NCBI GenBank assembly: GCA_021735045.1
Contig: JAIPHU010000013.1
Coordinates: forward strand, 1-32,000
DNA from: Candidatus Omnitrophota bacterium
GTDB taxonomy: Bacteria; Omnitrophota; Gorgyraeia; Duberdicusellales; 4484-171
Direction: 5' to 3'
Length of the DNA stretch: 32,000 bases
Below, one piece after another: positions 6,274 through 15,844 of this stretch (its first letter is position 1; each line of letters starts with the position of its first letter). Both the position numbers and the translations under genes were made by a program. The notes beneath the pieces were generated by a model. That model worked only from the letters and a program-made list of their open reading frames with translations. It ran no database searches and was not told where the DNA came from.

Positions 6274-6648
6274 ATGAAATTCGCTACTTCAATTCATTGC
6301 ATGGACGGAAGGATACAAGAACCAATAATACAATACTTAAAAGATAGCTATAAAATACCCTATATTGATACAATAACCGAGCCAGGCCCTTGTAAAATTA
6401 TTGCTGATAATATTGATAAAACAACAATCAACTCAATTATTAAACGAGTTGATATCTCGATAAATAGACACAACTCCAGACTAATAGCTATATCCAGCCA
6501 CTATGACTGTGCCGCAAACCCATCTAGCGAAAAAACAAAAAAAACACAAATCAAAATATCTGTTGAATTTATTAAAAAAAACTACCCTCAAATTAAAGTA
6601 GTAGGGCTATGGATCAACAAACAGTGGAAAGTTGATCAATACTTCTAA
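6274..6648 (+). CDS. Small protein with beta-carbonic-anhydrase-like CxDxR / HxxC motifs
   Basis: 124 aa. It has C9-M-D-G-R13 and H76-Y-D-C79. The spacing and order match the zinc-ligand motifs of beta-class carbonic anhydrases, but the protein is much shorter than typical beta-CAs. Confidence 0.55.
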   Translation: MKFATSIHCMDGRIQEPIIQYLKDSYKIPYIDTITEPGPCKIIADNIDKTTINSIIKRVDISINRHNSRLIAISSHYDCAANPSSEKTKKTQIKISVEFIKKNYPQIKVVGLWINKQWKVDQYF

Positions 6649-6660
6649 AACTACTATTGC

Positions 6661-6688
6661 TTGAATAAACTCCTAAATTAAGTATAAT
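6661..6688 (+). promoter_or_regulatory. Candidate sigma70-type promoter for nadE operon
   Basis: TTGAAT (6661-6666), a 16-nt spacer, then TATAAT (6683-6688), ending 10 nt before the nadE ATG. AT-rich background makes chance matches likely. Confidence 0.3.
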
Positions 6689-6697
6689 ATTTTTACT

Positions 6698-8299
6698 ATG
6701 ATAAAAATAGCTTTAGTTCAAATTAATCCTATTGTTGGTGATCTTAGTGAAAATGCTAAAAAAATCACCGAATCTATAAAAACAGCTAAGAAAAAGGGCA
6801 CAAATTTCATAGTTTTTCCTGAATTAGCCTTAACCGGCTATCCTCCTGAGGATCTTTTACTAAAAGATTACTTTATCAAAGAAAATATCAAATTCCTAAA
6901 CAAAATAAAAAAAGAAACTACTGGTATTACAGCAGTCTTAGGTTTTGTGGATAGAAATAAATCTAAAACTTATAACAGCTGCGCCATAGTTCAAGATAAA
7001 AAGATAATCGATATTTATCATAAACTTTATTTACCTAATCATGGCGTTTTTGACGAAAAAAGATATTTTAAGCCCGGAAAAACTTTACCTATTTACGAAC
7101 TTGGCAATAAAAAATTTACTGTAACTATTTGCGAAGATATTTGGACAAAAAAACACCAACATAGACTAAAAAGTGAAAACCTTGATTATATTATAAATAT
7201 TTCCGCCTCACCTTTTAGCATCAGAAAATTAAAACAAAGAAAAAAGATTTTATCTTCTGTAGCCAAGTTTGCAAAAAGCTTTGTCTTTTATTGTAACCTC
7301 GTCGGAGGACAAGATGAGATAGTCTTTGACGGAAGAAGCTTAATTTACTCACCAAAAGGGAAACTTTTAAAACAAGCCAAAAAGTTTTCAACTGATATAC
7401 TTTATTTTAACCCGGACAAATACAGGCAAAAATCGGTTAAAATAAAATCAAATAAAATTGAAAATATTTATTCGGCTCTCTCTTTGGGGATAAAAGATTA
7501 TATGCACAAAAATAATTTCCAGAAAGCTATCCTGGGATTAAGCGGGGGGATCGATTCCGCTGTAACTTTAGCAATTGTTGCAAAAAGCATTGGTTCAAAT
7601 AAGGTAAATGCTTTAATTATGCCCTCTTGTTACTCATCTCAAAAAAGCTTAACTGATGCTGTCAAAATTTGTAAAAATTTAGGCATAAAATACTATAAAA
7701 TAGAGATTGATAATATCTTTAATAATTTTAACAAAAACCTAAAGCCCCATTTTAAGAATCTAGCAACCGATAACACCGAAGAAAACCTCCAAGCCAGGAT
7801 CAGAGGAAATTTACTTATGGCTTTTTCAAATAAATTTGGCCATTTAGTTGTAACTACTGGTAACAAAAGCGAGATTTCCTGTGGTTATTGCACCCTTTAT
7901 GGAGATATGGCTGGAGGATTTGGAATTCTAAAAGACGTATACAAAACATCTGTTTATCAACTGGCCCGTTTTATTAATAAAAAAAACTCTAAAAATATAA
8001 TACCAAAATCAATAATAACTAAAGCCCCGTCAGCAGAGCTAAGACCTAACCAAAAAGATACCGATAACTTACCAAGGTATAGCTTGCTAGATAAGATATT
8101 ACATCTATATATAGAAAACAATCTAAACTTACAGGAAATTATTCAAAAAGGATTTGATCAAAAAATAGTTAAAAAAATTATTAAAATGGTAGATTCTTCT
8201 GAATACAAAAGAAGACAATCTCCAATTGGAATAAAAATCAGCGAACGAGCTTTTGGTAAAGATCGAAGAATGCCGATAACAAACAACTTTACGGGTTAA
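6698..8299 (+). CDS. nadE: Glutamine-dependent NAD+ synthetase
   Basis: 533 aa. An N-terminal CN-hydrolase domain (FPELALTGYPPEDL, TICEDIW) is followed by a C-terminal NAD synthetase domain with the SGGIDS PP-loop. Confidence 0.9.
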   Translation: MIKIALVQINPIVGDLSENAKKITESIKTAKKKGTNFIVFPELALTGYPPEDLLLKDYFIKENIKFLNKIKKETTGITAVLGFVDRNKSKTYNSCAIVQDKKIIDIYHKLYLPNHGVFDEKRYFKPGKTLPIYELGNKKFTVTICEDIWTKKHQHRLKSENLDYIINISASPFSIRKLKQRKKILSSVAKFAKSFVFYCNLVGGQDEIVFDGRSLIYSPKGKLLKQAKKFSTDILYFNPDKYRQKSVKIKSNKIENIYSALSLGIKDYMHKNNFQKAILGLSGGIDSAVTLAIVAKSIGSNKVNALIMPSCYSSQKSLTDAVKICKNLGIKYYKIEIDNIFNNFNKNLKPHFKNLATDNTEENLQARIRGNLLMAFSNKFGHLVVTTGNKSEISCGYCTLYGDMAGGFGILKDVYKTSVYQLARFINKKNSKNIIPKSIITKAPSAELRPNQKDTDNLPRYSLLDKILHLYIENNLNLQEIIQKGFDQKIVKKIIKMVDSSEYKRRQSPIGIKISERAFGKDRRMPITNNFTG

Positions 8300-8300
8300 A

Positions 8301-8714
8301 ATGACAGATGTATTTATAGGTCTTGGCTCAAACCTTGGGAACAGAAAGAAAAATATAAAAAAAGCTATTAAAGAAATAGACTCTGTAGAAAAAACACAAG
8401 TTAAAAAAATATCTTCTTTAATTGAAACAAAACCCCATCAAGCTCCTGGGCCCGATTACTTAAATGGCGCAATAAAAATAGATACCGGTTTAGCACCAGA
8501 AAAGCTACTTGATGAATTAAAAAAAATAGAGAAAAAATTGGGAAGAAAGCCTAGCTTTAAAAATGCACCGCGCATAATTGATCTAGATATATTACTGTAT
8601 AGTGATAAAAAAATAGAAACCAATAAACTAACAATACCTCATCCCAGGCTAAAAATCAGAGATTTTGTTAAAAAATCTTTATTCGAAATTAAACCAAACT
8701 TAAAATTACCTTAA
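8301..8714 (+). CDS. folK: 2-amino-4-hydroxy-6-hydroxymethyldihydropteridine diphosphokinase
   Basis: 137 aa with the typical HPPK blocks IGLGSNLGN, RIIDLDILLY and LTIPHPR. Its start lies 2 nt after the nadE stop. Confidence 0.85.
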   Translation: MTDVFIGLGSNLGNRKKNIKKAIKEIDSVEKTQVKKISSLIETKPHQAPGPDYLNGAIKIDTGLAPEKLLDELKKIEKKLGRKPSFKNAPRIIDLDILLYSDKKIETNKLTIPHPRLKIRDFVKKSLFEIKPNLKLP

Positions 8715-8715
8715 A

Positions 8716-9564
8716 ATGATTACCACAAAAAGCATTAAAAAAATAAGAAAGTCTGTAAGCAAGGCTAGAAATAATGGGAAAATAATAGGTTTTGTACCTA
8801 CCATGGGGGCCTTGCATAAGGGCCACCTTTCTTTGATCAACAAAGCAAAAAAAGAAAGTGATTATCTGGTGGTAAGCATCTTTATAAACTCTTTACAATT
8901 TAGCCCTTCAGAAGATTTCAAAAGCTATCCTCGTAAAATAAAAATAGACAAAAGGATTTTGGAGAAAAAAAAAGTTGACCTTTTATTTTATCCTCAAGCT
9001 GATAAAATGTATGGTCCTGATTTTTCTAGTTTTGTTGAAGAAACTAGATTAAGCAAAAAGTTATGCGGAAAATCTCGACCCGGTCACTTTAAGGGCGTTA
9101 CCACAATAGTCGCAAAACTTTTTAATATAGTTCAACCAGATCTTTCTTTTTTTGGTCAAAAAGATTATCAACAAGCTTTAATTATAAAAAAAATGGTAAA
9201 AGATCTAAATTTCGCTATAAAAATAAAAACTTCTCCAACGATAAGAGAAAAAGATAAACTAGCTTTAAGCTCACGAAACTTATATCTTAACCAAAAGGAA
9301 CGAAAAGAAGCAAAAGCAATATACGAGGCTTTGTCCCAAGCAAAACAAATGATTAAAAATAACAAAAGAAATCCAAAAAAAATAATCGCTGAAATGAGAA
9401 AAATAATAGAAAAAAGGCCTAGAGCCTCAATCGATTATATCGAAATTCGTAATGCAAACAATTTAGAAAAAATTAAAAAGATAGAAGGAAAAGTTTTTAT
9501 TGGAGTGGCTGCTTATTTTGGCAAAACCCGTCTTATTGACAACATTATCGTTAACAAAAATTAG
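8716..9564 (+). CDS. panC: Pantoate--beta-alanine ligase
   Basis: 282 aa with the PanC signatures PTMGALHKGHLSL, FGQKDYQQ and ALSSRN. Confidence 0.9.
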   Translation: MITTKSIKKIRKSVSKARNNGKIIGFVPTMGALHKGHLSLINKAKKESDYLVVSIFINSLQFSPSEDFKSYPRKIKIDKRILEKKKVDLLFYPQADKMYGPDFSSFVEETRLSKKLCGKSRPGHFKGVTTIVAKLFNIVQPDLSFFGQKDYQQALIIKKMVKDLNFAIKIKTSPTIREKDKLALSSRNLYLNQKERKEAKAIYEALSQAKQMIKNNKRNPKKIIAEMRKIIEKRPRASIDYIEIRNANNLEKIKKIEGKVFIGVAAYFGKTRLIDNIIVNKN

Positions 9565-9614
9565 CGTTTATTTGTATAATATTAGCTATTTGCATTTAAA
9601 AAGGAGCTTAAAGA

Positions 9615-10418
9615 ATGAAAAAAATAGGAATAGTCGGCTGTGGTACCATTGGAGAAGGTATCGCTTTATTTATTGATAAAAATTTATCTAAGCAAGCTAC
9701 TATTACGGCTTTAGCCGACAAAAAGAAAATAGCAGCAACTACTCTTAATAAAAAATTAACAAAAAAAGCTAAAATTAAAACCATAGAAAACTTGGTTAAG
9801 GAAGTAGATTTAGTAGTTGAAACCGCCTCACAAACTGCTGCTTATCAAACAATAAAACAAATTTTAATTTATAAAAAAGATATAATTATCTTAAGTGTAG
9901 GGGCTTTAATAAAAGAACCAAAGATCTTAAAAGAAGTTCAAATAAAAAATATAAATATGTATATACCTTCAGGCGCAATTTCTGGGGTAGATGGCCTAGG
10001 CGCTCTGGCTAAAGGTAATATAAAAAAATTAACTATTACAACCTCAAAACCTCCAGCTGGATTAGCTGGCGCAAAATATCTAAAAAGCAAAAATATCGAT
10101 ATAAACAAATTAAAAAAACCTACTACTATCTTTTCCGGAGGAGTTAAAGAAGCTATAAAATATTTTCCTAAAAATATCAATGTAGCTGCAACTTTACTTT
10201 TTGCTTCTAAGTTCAATAAAGTTAAGGTAGTAATTAGACTAAACCCTAAGATCAAAAGAAATATTCATAAAGTTGAAGCTGTAGCAGATGAAGCTAGGAT
10301 AAAAACAGAAGTTGAAAATGTTTCTTCAAAAATAAACCCTAAAACAAGCGCATTGACAATTCTTTCAACCCAAACATTACTTGAGAAAATTTTTTCTTCC
10401 GTAAAAATAGGAAGCTAA
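9615..10418 (+). CDS. nadX: L-aspartate dehydrogenase (NadX-like)
   Basis: 267 aa. It has an N-terminal Rossmann motif IGIVGCGTIG and PSGAISGVDGLGA plus the downstream layout of the aspartate dehydrogenase family. It sits close to nadE. Confidence 0.6.
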   Translation: MKKIGIVGCGTIGEGIALFIDKNLSKQATITALADKKKIAATTLNKKLTKKAKIKTIENLVKEVDLVVETASQTAAYQTIKQILIYKKDIIILSVGALIKEPKILKEVQIKNINMYIPSGAISGVDGLGALAKGNIKKLTITTSKPPAGLAGAKYLKSKNIDINKLKKPTTIFSGGVKEAIKYFPKNINVAATLLFASKFNKVKVVIRLNPKIKRNIHKVEAVADEARIKTEVENVSSKINPKTSALTILSTQTLLEKIFSSVKIGS

Positions 10419-10428
10419 TACAACAAAC

Positions 10429-10513
10429 AAGGTTCAAGGAAAAAGGATAAAGGGTAAAATGAAAATAATTAAAAATAAAATCTCTTTAACCTTCAACCTT
10501 GAACCTTTATCCT
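10429..10513 (+). repeat. Inverted arrays of heptad-spaced AAGG (x4) and CCTT (x4) upstream of uvrA
   Basis: AAGG occurs at 10429, 10436, 10442 and 10449. CCTT occurs at 10489, 10496, 10503 and 10510 with exact 7-nt phasing. The last CCTT ends 10 nt before the uvrA ATG, which has no SD. Confidence 0.35.
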
Positions 10514-10523
10514 TATATTAACC

Positions 10524-13313
10524 ATGTATAATTACATAACAGTAAAAGGTGCCAAAGAGCATAATCTTCAAAATATAAATGTTAAGATCCCTAAAAATAA
10601 AATAACAGTAGTTACTGGTCTTTCTGGATCAGGAAAATCATCGTTAGCATTTGACACTATTTATGCTGAAGGCCAACGCCGTTATGTAGAAAGTTTATCT
10701 AGCTATGCCAGACAATTCTTAGAACAACTTCAAAAACCTGATATAGAGCATATAGAAGGGCTTTCGCCGGCAATTGCCATTGAACAAAAAAAAGCTGGCG
10801 GCTCATTACGCTCAATCGTTGCCACCCAAACCGAAATATATGATTACCTGCGTCTTTTATACGCAAGAATCGGTAAACCCCGCTGCCCTAAATGTGGCCG
10901 GCAAATATCCAAACAAACACCCCAACAGATAATCGATCAAATATTAAAATCATCTAACGGTGATAAGATTTTTATCTTATCACCGATCATCCGCGGTAAA
11001 AAGGGAACCTATCAAGCCTTATTTGAAAAACTTCTAAAAGAAGGGTTTTCCCGAATAAGAGTTGATAAACAGATCTACAATCTGGATGAAAAAATAAAGA
11101 TCAACCGTTATAAGATTCATGATATCGAAATTTTAGTCGACAGAATAAAAATATCAAAAAAATACGAAAAAAGAATAGCTTCTTCGGTTGAAACAGCACT
11201 CAAATATTCAGAGGGTTATCTGTTAATTTATAATTTAACTAAAGACAAAGAGTTTTTATTCAACACCCATCTAAATTGTGCTTACTGTCAAATATCTTTC
11301 CCTAAACTTGAGCCCAGGCTTTTTTCTTTTAATTCTCCTTACGGAGCTTGTCCTGCTTGTAATGGACTCGGAATCCGACTTGAGTTTGACCCTGATTTAA
11401 TCATACCCAATAAAGATAAAAGCTTAGCTCAAGGAGCTATTGAACCCTTTAGAAGAGGCAGTAGAGGATCTATGATGTACTACCGTGCGCTCCTTAAGGA
11501 ATTAACCTATGAACTTGACATTTCAATGGATACTCCATTTAAAAAACTTAGCAAAAAAATACAAAAAACTATTCTTTATGGAAATAACGATATTTACGTC
11601 TGGTCAAAACCCTACGAAGGAGTTATTCCTCATCTAGAGAGAATATTTAATAAAACTGAATCTCAATATCGCAAACACGATATTGCAAACTACATGTCAA
11701 AGCTGTCTTGCCCGATTTGCAAGGGAATGCGACTAAAAAAAGAAGCTCTTTCGGTGTTTGTGGGAAAATATAATATTTGGGAAGTAGTTCAAATGAATAT
11801 CAAAACTGCTTTTAATTTTTTTTCTCAATTAAAGCTTACAAACTCAGAAGAAAAAATTGCCCACGAAATAATAAAAGAAATTAAAAAAAGACTACAATTT
11901 TGTTTAACTGTGGGCCTTTCCTATATTTGTCTTGATCGGCTCAGATCTACCCTTTCAGGAGGAGAAGCACAAAGGATTAGATTAGCCACACAAGTTGGTT
12001 CTGCATTATCAGGAGTTATCTATATTCTTGATGAACCAACTATTGGACTTCATCCCCGCGATGATAAAAATTTGATTAAAACTCTAGAAAAATTAAAAAG
12101 ATTAGGAAATACAGTAATAGTAGTAGAGCACGACAAACAAATGATTCATGCTGCTGATCATATTATTGATTTAGGTCCAGGGGCCGGAGTCGATGGAGGA
12201 AAAGTAGTTTATTCCGGAAAAATAAACGGTATCAAAAAATCTAAATCCTTAACTGGACAATATTTAAGCCAGAAAAAAGAAATTAAAACACCAAAAAAAC
12301 GAAGAGACTACAAAAATAAATCCTTCCTAGAAATAAAAGGTGCTTCTGAACATAATTTAAAAAGAATAAATATAAAATTTCCTCTAGAAAGTTTTATCTG
12401 TGTAACTGGTGTTTCTGGATCAGGAAAATCTACTTTAGTTGATGATATACTTTATCGAGCTTTAGCAAAAAATATTTATAATTCACGCCTTAAGCCGGGC
12501 AAATTTAAAAAAATCAATGGATTAAAAAATATCGATAAAGTAATTATTGTTGACCAATCACCAATTGGCAGAACACCTCGCTCCAACCCTGCTACCTATA
12601 CCGGAGTACTTACCCCAATCAGAGACCTTTTTGCTAAACTACCAGAAGCACGGGCTAGAGGCTTTAAAAAATCTCGTTTTAGTTTCAATCTTTCCGGTGG
12701 CCGCTGTCAAGCTTGCCGGGGTGAAGGAACCAAAAAAATCGAAATGCATTTCTTACCAGATATCTATATCCCTTGCGAAGTTTGTCAAGGCAAGCGCTTT
12801 AATAAACAAACCTTAGAAGTAAAATATAAAGGAAATGATATATCTAATATACTAGATATGGATATAGACCAGGCTTATCAACTCTTTCACAGTATCCCCT
12901 CAATAACTAATATCTTAAAAACCGTTAAAGATGTTGGCTTAGGTTATATAAAATTAGGTCAGCCAGCTACAACCTTATCTGGCGGAGAAGCTCAAAGAAT
13001 AAAATTAGCATCACAATTGCGCAAAAAAGCAACTGGAAAAACTCTTTATATTCTTGATGAACCTACCACTGGCTTGCACTTTGAAGATATAAAAAAACTA
13101 CTTTTTGTTTTGCAAAAACTAGTTGATAAAAAAAATACAATTTGTGTGATAGAACACAATCTAGATGTGATAAAATGTGCTGACTATATTATTGATTTAG
13201 GCCCAGAAGGTGGAGAAAACGGCGGTAAACTAGTTAGCTCTGGAACTCCAGAAAAAATATCTAAATCTAGAAAATCATATACAGGAAATTTTTTAAAAAA
13301 AATACTTAATTAA
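10524..13313 (+). CDS. uvrA: Excinuclease ABC subunit A
   Basis: 929 aa. It has two ABC ATPase modules (GLSGSGKSSLAFDT and GVSGSGKSTL, LSGGEAQRI twice) and Cys4 zinc modules. Confidence 0.97.
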   Translation: MYNYITVKGAKEHNLQNINVKIPKNKITVVTGLSGSGKSSLAFDTIYAEGQRRYVESLSSYARQFLEQLQKPDIEHIEGLSPAIAIEQKKAGGSLRSIVATQTEIYDYLRLLYARIGKPRCPKCGRQISKQTPQQIIDQILKSSNGDKIFILSPIIRGKKGTYQALFEKLLKEGFSRIRVDKQIYNLDEKIKINRYKIHDIEILVDRIKISKKYEKRIASSVETALKYSEGYLLIYNLTKDKEFLFNTHLNCAYCQISFPKLEPRLFSFNSPYGACPACNGLGIRLEFDPDLIIPNKDKSLAQGAIEPFRRGSRGSMMYYRALLKELTYELDISMDTPFKKLSKKIQKTILYGNNDIYVWSKPYEGVIPHLERIFNKTESQYRKHDIANYMSKLSCPICKGMRLKKEALSVFVGKYNIWEVVQMNIKTAFNFFSQLKLTNSEEKIAHEIIKEIKKRLQFCLTVGLSYICLDRLRSTLSGGEAQRIRLATQVGSALSGVIYILDEPTIGLHPRDDKNLIKTLEKLKRLGNTVIVVEHDKQMIHAADHIIDLGPGAGVDGGKVVYSGKINGIKKSKSLTGQYLSQKKEIKTPKKRRDYKNKSFLEIKGASEHNLKRINIKFPLESFICVTGVSGSGKSTLVDDILYRALAKNIYNSRLKPGKFKKINGLKNIDKVIIVDQSPIGRTPRSNPATYTGVLTPIRDLFAKLPEARARGFKKSRFSFNLSGGRCQACRGEGTKKIEMHFLPDIYIPCEVCQGKRFNKQTLEVKYKGNDISNILDMDIDQAYQLFHSIPSITNILKTVKDVGLGYIKLGQPATTLSGGEAQRIKLASQLRKKATGKTLYILDEPTTGLHFEDIKKLLFVLQKLVDKKNTICVIEHNLDVIKCADYIIDLGPEGGENGGKLVSSGTPEKISKSRKSYTGNFLKKILN

Positions 13314-13325
13314 TAAAACCTATAT

Positions 13326-13353
13326 TTGACAGAAATTTAATAAATGATACTAT
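13326..13353 (+). promoter_or_regulatory. Candidate sigma70-type promoter
   Basis: TTGACA (13326-13331), a 16-nt spacer, then TACTAT (13348-13353), 36 nt upstream of the TPR gene start. Confidence 0.35.
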
Positions 13354-13389
13354 TTGTTATCCCAATTTTTCACCAGCTAAACTTATAAT

Positions 13390-15828
13390 ATGAGCAAAAT
13401 TATAAAAATTACCTTAGTATCTTTTCTAGTAGTTTCTATTTTTTCACCTTTTACTTTTGCTAAAGATGATAGTTTAGCTCAAGAAAAATTTCAAATAGCA
13501 TCAGGAGCTTTCTCTGATGAATTTTATCAAGCAGCATTATCTTTATTTAAAAATTTTATTAAACAGTTCCCCCAAAATCCATTAACTCCAAAAGCCAAGC
13601 TTTATATCGCTAAATGCTTTTATCATCAACAAAAGTATTCACAGGGTTTAGCTAAATTAAAAGAGCTAAAAAAAGAACAGATTACCGAATTAAAAGATCC
13701 AATTGACTATTGGTTAGCAAAAATATTTTTTGAAAAAAAGGACTTTTCAAACTGCTTAAAATATATCAAAAAAATAACAGAAAATAGTCAATCAAAACTT
13801 TATCAACAAGCAAAATACCTTCAATCATTAGCTTATATCAAAACAAAACAATTAAAAAAAGCAAAATCAAGTCTAGAAAAAATTATTAAAGAATCGGAAA
13901 AACAAGATCTAGTTGATGCTTCTTACCAAAGCCTTCTTCAAATTTATAGCGAAAACAATAATTTTTATAAAATAATTTCGTCCACAAAAACATATCTAAA
14001 AAACAATCCTCAAACAGAAATAAAAGACCGCATATATTTTTACCTAGCAGATGCTAATCGCAAAAAAAACAACCTTAAAGAAGCATTAGGCCACTACAAA
14101 AAAGCTTTGGCTACAACTACCAACACCCATTTACGTGATCTTATCTATCGAGGCATGGGGCTAACTTTCTTAGCACAAAAAAACCTTACTCTGGCTAAAC
14201 GGACTATTGATAAGATAGTTGATGACCAGTTAAGGCTATTTTTGCAAGGACTATATTATTTTAACATAAACGATCAAATCCAGGCTCTAGAAACTTTTAG
14301 TTTTTATCTTGACAAATACCCACAAGGAAAGTTTTTGGCTCAAAGCTACTTAAAAAAAGGAGATATCTTATATGAAATGGGAAGAATTAATGATTCCCTT
14401 TCAGCTTATAGTGCTGTCTTAAAAAAATTTTCAAAACCAGGTTATTCTGATATAAGAGATAAAGCTCATTACGGCCTAGCTTGGTGCTATTTAAAAAACA
14501 ATAACTTTAAAAAAGCCATAGCTGAATTTAAGGAAACTTTAGAGTATAGTGATGATCCGGCAGTTAAGATGAGTTCTCGGATCCAAATGGCTGATGCCTA
14601 TCAAGAATCAAAACAATACCAAAAAGCTTTAGATATTTACAACCAAACAATAAAAGACTACCCCAATACTTTATATGCCGATTATATTCAATTTCAAATT
14701 GGAATGATTTTTATAAAAAAGAACATCTTAGATAAAGCATTGTTAGCTTTTCGTAATCTTACTAAAAATTTTCCCAACTCAAAATTGATCCCTGAAGCAG
14801 AATATTATTTAGCTGTTGGTTATTTTTCACAAAATAAATATAAAAAAGCAGAAGGCCTACTCAATAACCTTATAAATAAACATCCTAATTCAGGAATAAT
14901 CCCAGAAGCTGAGTATCTTTACGCAAAATGCCTCTTTAATCAAAAAAAATATAATCAAGCCTTAGAAATTCTTCAACAAATTACAAGAAAATATAAAAAT
15001 TTAGATATTTCTGAACTTGTTTATATTGATATTGGCTTAACTTACTTAAATTTAGAAAAATTTGATAAAGCTAAAGACACCTTTCGTAAATTTTTAAAAA
15101 TTTATCCTAATTCTGAATATACTAATACAGCCAATTTTTACCTCGGCGGAATATGTGAAAAAGAAACTAACTTTAAACAAGCAGAAAAATACTACAGAAA
15201 AGTGATTGAAAACCCTAGAACTAGCTTCACAAACCAAGAAGCGCTGTTAGCCTTAGGCCATCTTGCTTGGAATCAAGGAGACTTAAATAAAGCTAAAGAA
15301 TATTTTAAAAAAGGAGCAAAATATCAAACATCTTTTGGCTTAAAAAGTAAGCTATATCTTGCTAAAGTCTACCAACAAGATCAACAAACAGACAAAGCCC
15401 TAAAATTATACCAGCAACTAATTGATTCTCAATCTAACATAGCTAGAATTGCTTTAACAGATAAAGCATTCTTATTAAAAGAAGAAAAAAAATACCAAAA
15501 AGCTATTCAAACTTTTAAGCAAGCTATCAAAGCAGGAATAAACTCTCCTAAGATAAGATTTGCTTTAGGAATTTGTCTGGAAAAAAAGGATCTAGACCAA
15601 AAAGCCATGCAGCAATACTTTAAACTTATTTACACCTATCCTAAAAACCCTAAAGATGACAGTGGAGCAAACTACAAAGTAAAGGCTTATTTTCGAATAG
15701 CTAAAATCCATGAAAACAAAAATAATTTAGATCAAGCTAAAAAAGTCTATCAAAAAATTATAGATTTAGGGATTAAAGAATCAAAAATTGCAAAGGTACG
15801 GTTAGAAAAATTAAAAGATAACCACTAA
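13390..15828 (+). CDS. Large secreted TPR-repeat protein
   Basis: 812 aa with a signal peptide. YbgF/TPR-like units recur throughout (YP.s....A.Y.la.cy....y..A). It lies immediately upstream of exbB/exbD-type genes. Confidence 0.8.
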   Translation: MSKIIKITLVSFLVVSIFSPFTFAKDDSLAQEKFQIASGAFSDEFYQAALSLFKNFIKQFPQNPLTPKAKLYIAKCFYHQQKYSQGLAKLKELKKEQITELKDPIDYWLAKIFFEKKDFSNCLKYIKKITENSQSKLYQQAKYLQSLAYIKTKQLKKAKSSLEKIIKESEKQDLVDASYQSLLQIYSENNNFYKIISSTKTYLKNNPQTEIKDRIYFYLADANRKKNNLKEALGHYKKALATTTNTHLRDLIYRGMGLTFLAQKNLTLAKRTIDKIVDDQLRLFLQGLYYFNINDQIQALETFSFYLDKYPQGKFLAQSYLKKGDILYEMGRINDSLSAYSAVLKKFSKPGYSDIRDKAHYGLAWCYLKNNNFKKAIAEFKETLEYSDDPAVKMSSRIQMADAYQESKQYQKALDIYNQTIKDYPNTLYADYIQFQIGMIFIKKNILDKALLAFRNLTKNFPNSKLIPEAEYYLAVGYFSQNKYKKAEGLLNNLINKHPNSGIIPEAEYLYAKCLFNQKKYNQALEILQQITRKYKNLDISELVYIDIGLTYLNLEKFDKAKDTFRKFLKIYPNSEYTNTANFYLGGICEKETNFKQAEKYYRKVIENPRTSFTNQEALLALGHLAWNQGDLNKAKEYFKKGAKYQTSFGLKSKLYLAKVYQQDQQTDKALKLYQQLIDSQSNIARIALTDKAFLLKEEKKYQKAIQTFKQAIKAGINSPKIRFALGICLEKKDLDQKAMQQYFKLIYTYPKNPKDDSGANYKVKAYFRIAKIHENKNNLDQAKKVYQKIIDLGIKESKIAKVRLEKLKDNH

Positions 15829-15844
15829 AAGTAAAGGAGGTCTC

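Noticed and set aside
9551-9580. TTAACA-18-TATAAT promoter-like match at the end of panC.
   Set aside because: It is plausible for the downstream aspartate dehydrogenase gene. However, hexamer matches of this quality are frequent by chance in ~30% GC DNA, so it is not strong enough to list as a feature.
10458-10520. 20-codon ORF (MKIIKNKISLTFNLEPLSLY) upstream of uvrA as a leader peptide.
   Set aside because: It is too short, and its composition is dictated by the CCTT heptad array. I kept it only as context for the repeat finding, not as a gene.
12547-12816. + strand 89-aa ORF in an alternative frame of uvrA, and the similar 23299-23523 ORF inside priA.
   Set aside because: Both are nested out of frame within conserved genes, with no SD and no recognisable motifs.
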